A DNA stretch of 64,000 nucleotides from Candidatus Limnocylindrales bacterium (lineage in GTDB: Bacteria > Chloroflexota > Limnocylindria > Limnocylindrales > CSP1-4), in contig JBEKMM010000003.1 in NCBI GenBank assembly GCA_050008515.1, positions 212,394-276,393 of the forward strand, in the 5' to 3' direction. A program made the position numbers and the translations under genes. Position 1 is the first letter of the stretch. Every line of letters starts with the position of its first letter. The notes under the pieces were generated by a model. It was not told where the DNA came from. It worked only from the letters and a program-made list of their open reading frames with translations, and did not search any database. Below are positions 36,850 to 44,826 of this stretch, one piece after another.

Positions 36850-38609
36850 GCGAAGACGAGCTGGGTCGCCAGGTATCGGAGCTGATCCGAGCAAGCGCGG
36901 ACGTGGAACTGCCTCCGAGCCTTGTCGCGAGCGTCGCCGACATCCCCGAGCTGGTCCGACGCCGCCATGACCGCCGAAAACCTCTCGTCACGACCGCCGC
37001 GATCTGTACCGGTGTCGTCCTCGCGGCCGCAGCGCTGATCGGCCCCCGGTTCTGGTCAAACCCCCCGGTCGCCGCTTCACCTACCGGTCCGATCCTGGCC
37101 ACGAAGGTCCAAGTGCTAACCGTCGACGAACTCCGGGCCGCGATTGCGACCGAGCGGGCGGGCGGGTTGCAGCCTCAGGACGTGGTGGCGGATGTATCGA
37201 TTGACGCCAGTCGCAAGACCGCCCCGCTCTCGCGCGAATGCGACCCTGTCGGCGCTTGCCAGGTGATCGGCACGCTCCACGGTTTCGATGATGCCGATGG
37301 GGCCGTAGCGATCAGGCAGGAGGATAGGGTTCTGCCACCGGCCTCAGACACGGCAGCCCTGCAGGCACCCGTAGCCCTGCGGCTGACCGGTCGAGGTCCG
37401 GTCGAGTTCCTGGGGCATGTGCGATCCGCGCCATCGGGTTCGCCCACCTGGTCGGTCGCCCAAGCCCTCGCGGATACGGCGACCGCAGCCGACGAGCAGG
37501 TCGTGGGGGTCAATGGCTGGCTGGGAGGTGGAATCGAGCCGTCATGTGGACCGGCCCCACAAGGCACGGTCCCTCCGCAGCCCTTCGATTGCCAGATCCG
37601 AGACTATCTCACCCCCGACTCCAGGCGATTGGTGACCGCCGTGGGCAGCAATGGGTACTCCTATGCCGCTCCCCGCGACGGAATCCCGGTACAAGAGGGG
37701 GCTTACGAGACGTATGCCCCGAACCCTTCGTACAGCGACGCCAACAAGGATGCCCGTCAGGCTACCTACTTGCTGCGCATGGTCGCCTACGAGGCACCGG
37801 ATTGCGTGAACTGCCGGAGCTGGCTTGTCGTGGGCCGGTTGGACGCGTCGGCAATGGAGTCTTCGACGGAAGCTGGCCCAATCGTCCGGTCGGCGGCGGA
37901 GCTGGAACGACTGGTCAGCTCGGACAGGTCGCAGTGGGTAGGCAAAGCCGTGTACGTCGACGGCGTCGTGACTCCGGAAACGCGGGGCAACGGCGGGGGT
38001 TGTGGGACGTCCAGCCTGTGCCAGATCGGCACCCTTGAGAGCACCTCAGAGAAGGTCTTTGCGTCACCATATACCGTCTCGATGCTGCCGTCCGAAGCTG
38101 ACTTCATGACCAGTGGCGTGCTCGCGCTCAAGGTTCGTCAGGATGGCCTCGAATACGTGGGCTACGCGGGCTACAACACGGACAACTCGTTCTACTTCAC
38201 GCCCGCCCAGCTCGCCGACCCGCAAGAGTTGAACCATGCCCCGCTCCTGATCGTCGTGGCGAAGGGTTGGCTCGTGGATGGCGGATTGCACTCGTGCGCC
38301 TCCGCGACCGGCTCCCAGGACCTTTCGGACACTCCGTTCGAGGCCTGCCCGGAGGCATGGCTCGCCACGAACGCGGACCAGCCCGTGAGCTCGACCGATG
38401 CTGGCGGCTCGACGATCACGGCGCCCTCCGAGGCCGTCCGGGTCCAGCCAGAGGCCTACGCCGAATTCGCACCGAATCCCTCCCTGGAGCCGACCGGAGT
38501 CGCCCACGTTCCGCGCTTCGGCACCTTCCTGCTGCGCCTCGTCCAGAACCCGCAAACGGGCTCCAACAATCAGTCCGGCTGGCAAGTCGTAGCAAGGCTG
38601 GATCCCTGA
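36846..38609 (+). CDS. Single-pass membrane protein coupled to the ECF sigma (candidate anti-sigma) with a duplicated Cys-containing ectodomain
   Basis: ATGA overlap with the sigma gene. One TM helix ('TAAICTGVVLAAAALIG'). Two homologous halves (see findings). Confidence 0.6.
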   Translation: MSEDELGRQVSELIRASADVELPPSLVASVADIPELVRRRHDRRKPLVTTAAICTGVVLAAAALIGPRFWSNPPVAASPTGPILATKVQVLTVDELRAAIATERAGGLQPQDVVADVSIDASRKTAPLSRECDPVGACQVIGTLHGFDDADGAVAIRQEDRVLPPASDTAALQAPVALRLTGRGPVEFLGHVRSAPSGSPTWSVAQALADTATAADEQVVGVNGWLGGGIEPSCGPAPQGTVPPQPFDCQIRDYLTPDSRRLVTAVGSNGYSYAAPRDGIPVQEGAYETYAPNPSYSDANKDARQATYLLRMVAYEAPDCVNCRSWLVVGRLDASAMESSTEAGPIVRSAAELERLVSSDRSQWVGKAVYVDGVVTPETRGNGGGCGTSSLCQIGTLESTSEKVFASPYTVSMLPSEADFMTSGVLALKVRQDGLEYVGYAGYNTDNSFYFTPAQLADPQELNHAPLLIVVAKGWLVDGGLHSCASATGSQDLSDTPFEACPEAWLATNADQPVSSTDAGGSTITAPSEAVRVQPEAYAEFAPNPSLEPTGVAHVPRFGTFLLRLVQNPQTGSNNQSGWQVVARLDP

Positions 38610-38856
38610 GAAACCTCGCCGCGATTCGGCGCGAGCCCGCGGATGGTTGGTTGTCCCTCAACTACGCCGGAGCCGCGAAGGGAGTCGACCCGTCACCCCA
38701 AATCGGTGGATCACCCCTCGGTCTCGCTGGCTCCCAGAATGCGCTATTGCCCTGCTGCCCGAGTGGGCGCGGAAGACTTGTCTCGTGCGGGACGCCGCCT
38801 GGCCTGGTCGACCACCCTTCCCACCGCCAACGAGCGTCGGACCGTTCCGGCCGGGC

Positions 38857-38892
38857 GGTTCGCCGTCAGTCGGGCGAGGACCACCACCCCCT
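38857..38892. repeat. 36-nt dispersed repeat, copy 2
   Basis: GGTTCGCCGTCAGTCGGGCGAGGACCACCACCCCCT. Confidence 0.85.
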
Positions 38893-38988
38893 TCGACGAT
38901 CGACAAAGAGCGAGGCCCCGACCGAATGGCCGGGGCCTCGTGAGTGTCTACGCGGGCCGCGAGGATCGCGGCCTGTCTGAGTGGGCGA

Positions 38989-39756
38989 TCAGACCTTCGG
39001 AGCGGTGATCTTGTTGTTCGGATCGTTGACGTTGGTGATGTCGAAGAGGATCTCGTAGACGACCGCGCCACTCGACGTGGCGATGATCGCCATGCTGACC
39101 GGATAGCCGCCGTCCGTGGCGATCCAGAGGTCGGCCGTCCACGTGGCGCCCGAGACACCGGCCAGCGAGTCGAGCTCGCCGTACACGGCCTGGGTGCCCT
39201 GGTAGTGATCGGCGCTCACGCCATTCTTCTGCTCGTTCCCGACCTTGTTGAAGCCCTCCGCGGTCGAGCCGACCATCGACGAGAACATCGTCGCAGGCGC
39301 GAACGAATCGGCCATGCTGGTGCCGGTGGCCGGCGTGGACATGAACGTGCCGGTGCCCATGTCGATGTAGTCGGTGCCGCCGACCTCGATGATGTGGAAG
39401 CCACCCATGTTGATGTCGGCCGCCTTGTCGGGCGACACGACGATCGTGCCGCTCATCGTGAACGCGCCGCCGGTCGCGGCCGCGCCGCCGAGCATCGAAA
39501 GCGTGGATCCGAACGTCCCACCGGCGAGGGTCATGGTGAACTTGTAGCTGCTGATGTCGGACAGCTTCGCGGCCGCGCCACTCAGGCCGACTCCGCCGCC
39601 GCCACCGGTGGTTGGGGCCGCGGTGCTGCCGCCGAGGAGGCCGCCGCCGGTGCTGGGGGCCGCGGTGCCGCTGCTTCCGCAGGCGGCCAGGACGATGGCC
39701 AGAACGGTCAGCAGGACGAGCAGACCCCGTCCCTGCCTTCCAGTTGCTCTAAACAT
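38989..39756 (-). CDS. Hypothetical lipoprotein (paralog of 33599-34411)
   Basis: ATG at 39756 lies 6 nt after GGAGG. Lipobox 'IVLAACGSS'. Shares motifs with the first copy. Confidence 0.65.
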   Translation of the reverse strand: MFRATGRQGRGLLVLLTVLAIVLAACGSSGTAAPSTGGGLLGGSTAAPTTGGGGGVGLSGAAAKLSDISSYKFTMTLAGGTFGSTLSMLGGAAATGGAFTMSGTIVVSPDKAADINMGGFHIIEVGGTDYIDMGTGTFMSTPATGTSMADSFAPATMFSSMVGSTAEGFNKVGNEQKNGVSADHYQGTQAVYGELDSLAGVSGATWTADLWIATDGGYPVSMAIIATSSGAVVYEILFDITNVNDPNNKITAPKV

Positions 39757-40123
39757 TCCGAACCTCCCCATGTGCAACAGCTGCCGGCTGCAGTGACGGC
39801 CCACGGGCGGGCAAGCCCGAGGCAACAGTCGACCGACGTCTTGCTCAAGGTAGCACGTATGCCGCATTTGCCCTACGGGCGCTTGCGGCGCACAAGCAAT
39901 CCAACAGGCAGGGGCATCCGGGAGTCCCGTCCCGCCATGCGATCTGGATTCGCGGTCCGCGGGCCGTCAGAGGCCCCGGGCTTGACGGCAACCGACTCCA
40001 GCCCGCATGATTCCTGCATGAATTCGCACAGCCACACTTGCCTCTGTCCCCGGCGGCGGCCCCGCCGTAGGAGGTAGCAGGCTGTCTCGAGCTCCCAATG
40101 GGAGCCCAGCGAGTCGCCTTGGG

Positions 40124-40158
40124 GCCGCGGTTCCTTGAAGGATCCGCGGCTTTTTGTT
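40124..40158 (+). terminator. Intrinsic terminator inside the cysE 5' leader (candidate attenuator or riboswitch expression platform)
   Basis: GCCGCGG-T-TCC / GGA-T-CCGCGGC hairpin followed by TTTTTGTT. There is no plus-strand gene upstream, and cysE starts 155 nt downstream. Confidence 0.6.
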
Positions 40159-40313
40159 ACCCCCCGCGGAGGCCGCCGCGCCAGCGCCGAGCCGCCGTCC
40201 GCAGTGAGGCCTCGCCTCCTCCGCGCAGCTGGCCCTCGGCCTCAACCCCCTGCCCTGCCCGAGCCGCCGGCGCCCAATCCGCGGCTCCCGTGAGAAACGC
40301 CACGGAGGACCAC

Positions 40314-41201
40314 ATGGCTCTGCCCAGATCCATCAAAACCGCGAAGACCGCCAGAACCACCCATGACCCGCTGGACGGGCTGGCGGCCCGCGTCCACGAC
40401 ATGCTTGCCAACGACACTCAGGCGCGACTGCCCAAGGCTCGCGTCGGGACTTGGCTCCGAGCCCTGCTCGACATTCTCTTTCCGCAGGCAGCCGAGCAGA
40501 CCTACGGCACGCCGGGCGAGATCCGCGACGCGCTGGATGCTTCGGCGGCTGAGCTCCGGTCGCTGCTCCGTCCGCTCGAGGGCGAGATCGACGACCCGGC
40601 CCGGATCGGCGCCGCGTTCTTCCAGGCCCTGCCCGAGATCCATCGCCAGCTGATGGTCGACGCCACCGCGATCGAGCGGGGCGATCCGGCGGCCGAGAGC
40701 GTCGACGAGGTGATCCTCGCCTATCCGGGGTTCCTCGCCATCGCCGCCCATCGCATCGCCCACCGTTTCTACGAGCTGCGGGTGCCGCTGCTGCCGCGCG
40801 TGTTGACCGAATGGGCGCACGAGCGAACCGGCATCGACATCCACCCGGGGGCGACGCTGGGCCACCCGGTCGTCATCGACCACGGCACCGGCATCGTCGT
40901 CGGCGAGACGGCGGTCATCGGCAACAACGTGAAGCTCTACCAGGGCGTGACCCTGGGCGCTCTGTCCGTCACGAAGTCCCTCGCCTCCACCAAGCGCCAC
41001 CCCACGATCGAGAACGACGTGGTCATCTATGCGAACGCCACGATCCTGGGCGGCGAGACTGTCATCGGCGAGGGCAGCGTGATCGGCGGCAACACCTGGA
41101 TCACCTCCAGCGTCCCGCCCAACTCCATCGTTTATCAACGCAGCGAGGTCCATGTCCGGCAGGGCCGGGCTGACTTCGAGGCGCCCGACTTCGTGATCTA
41201 G
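40314..41201 (+). CDS. cysE: Serine O-acetyltransferase
   Basis: ATG at 40314 behind GGAGGA. '[16 protein letters not shown]', '[34 protein letters not shown]' and hexapeptide repeats. Confidence 0.9.
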   Translation: MALPRSIKTAKTARTTHDPLDGLAARVHDMLANDTQARLPKARVGTWLRALLDILFPQAAEQTYGTPGEIRDALDASAAELRSLLRPLEGEIDDPARIGAAFFQALPEIHRQLMVDATAIERGDPAAESVDEVILAYPGFLAIAAHRIAHRFYELRVPLLPRVLTEWAHERTGIDIHPGATLGHPVVIDHGTGIVVGETAVIGNNVKLYQGVTLGALSVTKSLASTKRHPTIENDVVIYANATILGGETVIGEGSVIGGNTWITSSVPPNSIVYQRSEVHVRQGRADFEAPDFVI

Positions 41202-41295
41202 CCCGACCGTTCCAAGAGCTCGACCGTTCGAACCTATCGGCGCCGGCCGAGCCTTCGGCCTGGCGCGCGTCCCAACTGAATCCGAGGAGATCCCC

Positions 41296-42240
41296 GTGGC
41301 AAAGGCCAACAACGTTCTCGAGACCATCGGCAACACCACCGAGGTCCGCATCAACAAGCTCTTCGACCCGCGCGTCGAGGTGTGGGTCAAGCTCGAGCGG
41401 CAGAACCCAGGCGGCTCGATCAAGGACCGCATCGCGCTGTCGATGATCGAGGACGCCGAGAAGCGCGGCGTCCTCAAGCCAGGCAGCATCATCGTCGAGC
41501 CGACCTCGGGCAACACCGGCGTCGGTCTGGCGCTGGTCGCCGCCGTCAAGGGCTACAAGCTGATCCTGGTCATGCCCGAGTCCTTCTCGGTCGAGCGGCG
41601 CAAGCTGATGGCCGCCTACGGCGCGACCTTCGAGCTGACTCCCCGCGAGCTGGGCATGAAGGGCGCCATCGCCAAGGCCCGCGAGATCGTGGCCGAAACC
41701 CCCGGCGCGTGGCTACCGATGCAGTTCGACAACCCGGCGAACCTCGAAGTCCACAAGCGCACCACGGCCGAAGAGATCGCCCGGGACTTCCCCGAGGGCC
41801 TGGACTACATCTTCGCCGGCGTCGGCACCGGCGGGCACGTCACCGCGGTGGGCGAGGTGCTAAGGCCGCGCTGGCCCAAGCTGCAGGTCTTCGCCGTGGA
41901 GCCGGAGCTCTCGCCCGTGCTCAGCGGCGGCAATCCCGGCCCGCATCCGATCCAGGGCATCGGCGCGGGCTTCGTTCCCGGCAACTACCACGCCGATGCC
42001 GTGAACGGAGTCGTCCAGGTGGCGGCTCCGGACGCGTTCAGCTATGCCCTCCGAGCCGCCCGCGAAGAAGGGCTGCTGATCGGCGTCTCTTCGGGGGCGG
42101 TGCTGGCGGCAGTCGCCAAGAAGCTGCCGGAGATCAAGAACGGCGCCCGGATCCTGGCCTTCACCTACGACACCGGGGAGCGGTATCTCTCCGTTCCGGG
42201 CCTCTTCGACGTCGAGCCGGAGGCCGTCGCGGTCGCCTGA
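41296..42240 (+). CDS. cysK: Cysteine synthase A (O-acetylserine sulfhydrylase)
   Basis: '[19 protein letters not shown]', '[14 protein letters not shown]' and 'GVGTGGHVT' PLP motifs. Confidence 0.95.
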   Translation: MAKANNVLETIGNTTEVRINKLFDPRVEVWVKLERQNPGGSIKDRIALSMIEDAEKRGVLKPGSIIVEPTSGNTGVGLALVAAVKGYKLILVMPESFSVERRKLMAAYGATFELTPRELGMKGAIAKAREIVAETPGAWLPMQFDNPANLEVHKRTTAEEIARDFPEGLDYIFAGVGTGGHVTAVGEVLRPRWPKLQVFAVEPELSPVLSGGNPGPHPIQGIGAGFVPGNYHADAVNGVVQVAAPDAFSYALRAAREEGLLIGVSSGAVLAAVAKKLPEIKNGARILAFTYDTGERYLSVPGLFDVEPEAVAVA

Positions 42241-42265
42241 CCCGCGCACACATCCCGTCCCGTTC

Positions 42266-42294
42266 GAACGGCCGCCCTCCCCGGGCGGCCGTTC
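42266..42294 (+). terminator. Intrinsic terminator after cysK
   Basis: Perfect 12-bp stem GAACGGCCGCCC/GGGCGGCCGTTC with loop TCCCC, followed by TTCATT. Confidence 0.7.
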
Positions 42295-42504
42295 TTCATT
42301 CGACCGAACCGGCCGGTCGAATGAATTGTGCACTTGAGGCGTAATATTAAGCCGCCAATTCAAGGATAACCGGTTTACTTAGGGCCGCCGAGCATCCGAA
42401 ATCGGGGTCACGGGGCCCTGTCTGGGCAGTCCGTCTCAGTCGAAGCTTCCCACGCGGGACCGGGCATGAGGCCGGCCCGATGAAGCGCTTCGTGGGAGCT
42501 CGCC

Positions 42505-42678
42505 ATGCGAGCCGAATTGGTCCGCCATTTCGACGTTGTCGTCGTGATCTGGACGCTCGCCCTCCTGGTCGGCTGGAGTGTCGTGATGCTGTCGCGCGCG
42601 CCGCTGACCAACGCCCAGTGGGACCACGCTCCAGCCGGACCGGCCTGGGTCGTCCCCGGAGACGCAGCCGGGAACTGA
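42505..42678 (+). CDS. Possible 57-aa single-TM protein
   Basis: Hand-translated: MRAELVRHFDVVVVIWTLALLVGWSVVMLSRAPLTNAQWDHAPAGPAWVVPGDAAGN. GGGAG lies 6 nt upstream. GC3-rich. Below the ORF-track length cut-off. Confidence 0.35.
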   Translation: MRAELVRHFDVVVVIWTLALLVGWSVVMLSRAPLTNAQWDHAPAGPAWVVPGDAAGN

Positions 42679-42709
42679 CCCGCGAGTGGGCGCCGCCGCC
42701 GGTCGACGC

Positions 42710-43360
42710 TCAGCCGAGCGGCGTCGCGACGCGAACGGGCTCGCGCAGGCCGCGCAGGATGACCTCGGCCGTGGCCTGATACCCCAGTCGCCCCGTGTTG
42801 ACGATCAGGTCGTATTCGTCCGGGTCGCACCAGTCCTTCTTGTAGAGCTGGTGGATGTAGGCCGCGCGATTCGCGTCGGTTTCGTGCATCTTGCGCTTCG
42901 CATCGGCCTCGCCGAGGCCGAACCGTTCCATCAGGACCCTGATCCGCACCGCCTCCGGAGCCCTCAGGAACACCCGGAAGACCGTCGGACGGCCACGCAG
43001 GCAGAAGCCGGCGCCGCGACCGACGATGACCACGTTGCCGCCGTCCGCGACCTCGTTGATGATCTGCTCGGTGAGCTCGATGATCGCCTTGCGCGGATCG
43101 AAGAGGGGGTCAGGATAGGGCGGCTGCCAGCCGGCCCCCATGGCCGGCTCGAGGGTGGAGAAGGATCGTACGAGACGTTCGAGCAGGAGTCGGGGGCGCT
43201 CCTCCTCGGCGGCCACATCGTTCGGCGAAATCTGGAGGCGCCTGGCGACCTCCTCGATGAGCTTCTTGTCGACGACCTCGGCGTGGAGCTCGGCGGCGAC
43301 GATACCCGCCACGCTCGAGCCACCGGCGCCGAACTGGCGGGAGATGGTCACGACTGGCAT
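42710..43360 (-). CDS. Cytidylate-kinase-like family P-loop protein
   Basis: ATG at 43360. 'VVTISRQFGAGGSSVAGIVAAEL' P-loop and 'DLIVNTG' C-terminus. Confidence 0.8.
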   Translation of the reverse strand: MPVVTISRQFGAGGSSVAGIVAAELHAEVVDKKLIEEVARRLQISPNDVAAEEERPRLLLERLVRSFSTLEPAMGAGWQPPYPDPLFDPRKAIIELTEQIINEVADGGNVVIVGRGAGFCLRGRPTVFRVFLRAPEAVRIRVLMERFGLGEADAKRKMHETDANRAAYIHQLYKKDWCDPDEYDLIVNTGRLGYQATAEVILRGLREPVRVATPLG

Positions 43361-43517
43361 CTCGGGCTCCTCTGCGCCTGCTCGCCGCCGCACCCGCGGC
43401 CGTTCGGTCGGGGATCGATCGGTTCGAGGCTAACTCTAGGCCAGCGAGGCGAACGCGAACAGGGCCGTGGGGACCTAGCCGACTTCAGCCGAGGGCCCGA
43501 GGCCCGAGCAACCCGGG

Positions 43518-44303
43518 TCAAGCCGGCGCCAGGGCTCCGTGCAGCTCCATGGAGTGGTCTCGCAGCCAGCGTCGCCAGCGCCGGTGGTCCGGCCGTCTGC
43601 CGGCCACGAGCTCCCAGAACTGCGGTCCGTGGCCGAACACCCGCAGATGCACCAGCTCGTGGACGACCACGGTCTCCAGGGCCTCTGGCGGGGCCAGGAT
43701 CAGCCGCCACGAGAAGGAGAGACGGCGCGCGCGAGAGCAACTCCCCCACCGCGTTCGCGTGTCCCGAACCGTCACCGCGGCCGGCTCCACTGCCAGGGCC
43801 AGGGCATGCCGTTCTATCTCGCGCTCGATGGCTGATCGCGCGCGCACGCGCAACCACGCCTCGAGGATCGCGGCCAGCTCCCGGCGCTCCCCGGCGCCCG
43901 GGCGGACGACCAGCTCGTCGCCGCCGTCGCTGCCCTCGCGAGTCACGACGGTGCGGCCTCGCCCGGGCGTCGGGGCCACGACCCGAAGCCGGTGCGGCTC
44001 CCCGCGGTAGAGGAAAGTGCCGCCGTCGCGGAGAGGGCCCAGCGCGTCGAGCTCCGCTCGCTGGCGGGCCTGCCGCTCGAGGTGCCGCCGCAACCATGCC
44101 TCGCGCTCGGCCACGAACGACTCGGCCAGCCGCTCCGCCTCGCCTTTGCTGCGCGCGACCCTGGCCGGGATCGTGACCACGGCCGTGTGGCGAGGGTCAA
44201 CGGTGAGTCGCACATGCCGGGCCCGAGCCGACCGCCTGATCGTGCAGTCGATGCGCCCGCCCGCGAGTCGAAGAGAAGCCCGCCATTCCGTCGTCGTCGC
44301 CAT
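43518..44303 (-). CDS. YgjP/DUF45-type (M48-like) zinc metallopeptidase
   Basis: ATG at 44303. 'RTRWGSCSRARRLSFSWRLILAPPEALETVVVHELVHLRVFGHGPQFW' contains the HExxH motif. Confidence 0.8.
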   Translation of the reverse strand: MATTTEWRASLRLAGGRIDCTIRRSARARHVRLTVDPRHTAVVTIPARVARSKGEAERLAESFVAEREAWLRRHLERQARQRAELDALGPLRDGGTFLYRGEPHRLRVVAPTPGRGRTVVTREGSDGGDELVVRPGAGERRELAAILEAWLRVRARSAIEREIERHALALAVEPAAVTVRDTRTRWGSCSRARRLSFSWRLILAPPEALETVVVHELVHLRVFGHGPQFWELVAGRRPDHRRWRRWLRDHSMELHGALAPA

Positions 44304-44493
44304 CGTCGCAAGCGTAACCCCGGAAGCCGAGGCCTCGCTCCGGAGCGTCGTCACACGGCTCCGGTAGCCCTCGTCTGGATGCCCGTGATCAGGGACGCAG
44401 GAGGGGTTTGAGGGGGCCGCCGGAAGGCCAGGGGCCCGGGGGCCCGGCGGTAGCGAAAGCACGACGGGGACTGAGGGGAATACGAGGGGAACG

Positions 44494-44528
44494 CCAGGGG
44501 TCCGGAAACGGGCCCCTGGTTCGTTTCT
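44494..44528 (+). terminator. Intrinsic terminator with a GAAA tetraloop, closing a G-rich non-coding element
   Basis: 11-bp stem CCAGGGGUCCG/CGGGCCCCUGG (one G.U pair) with loop GAAA, followed by TTCGTTTCT. There is no plus-strand CDS upstream. Confidence 0.55.
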
Positions 44529-44616
44529 CGGCCGGCCCGTCGAACGACCGGCCACTTTCACGGGATGAGGGTCGTCGCGCATCTTCGCCCCGTTGCTGTA
44601 ACATTCGCGGGCGCGT

Positions 44617-44692
44617 GGGGCTATAGCTCAGCTGGGAGAGCGCCTGCATGGCATGCAGGAGGTCCAGGGTTCGAATCCCTGTAGCTCCACCA
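44617..44692 (+). tRNA. tRNA-Ala (anticodon GGC), CCA encoded
   Basis: Hand-folded: acceptor GGGGCTA/TAGCTCC with G3:U70, anticodon stem CCTGC with loop ATGGCAT, T arm CAGGG-TTCGAAT-CCCTG, then ACCA. Confidence 0.93.
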
Positions 44693-44826
44693 ATCCCCCT
44701 CTGACGCACCGGCCGCGGTTGTGGCTGCCCGCGACGTGGCGGCTCGCGGCATCGGCTGCTGCCCGCGGCGTGGCGGCCCCGGGGCCCGATAAGTCCGCGT
44801 GAAGTCCGAGTCGCCAGACTGGGCGA

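Noticed and set aside
39870-40160. T-box leader for cysE
   Set aside because: I could not find the conserved T-box sequence (AGGGUGGNACCGCG-like), nor a specifier loop with a UGC/UGU codon in the proper context.
40098-40313. 72-codon N-terminal extension of cysE (ATG 40098); also considered as a Cys leader peptide
   Set aside because: It is R/P-rich, spans the terminator hairpin, contains a single Cys codon, and has no properly spaced RBS. ATG 40314 has GGAGGA and starts the conserved sequence.
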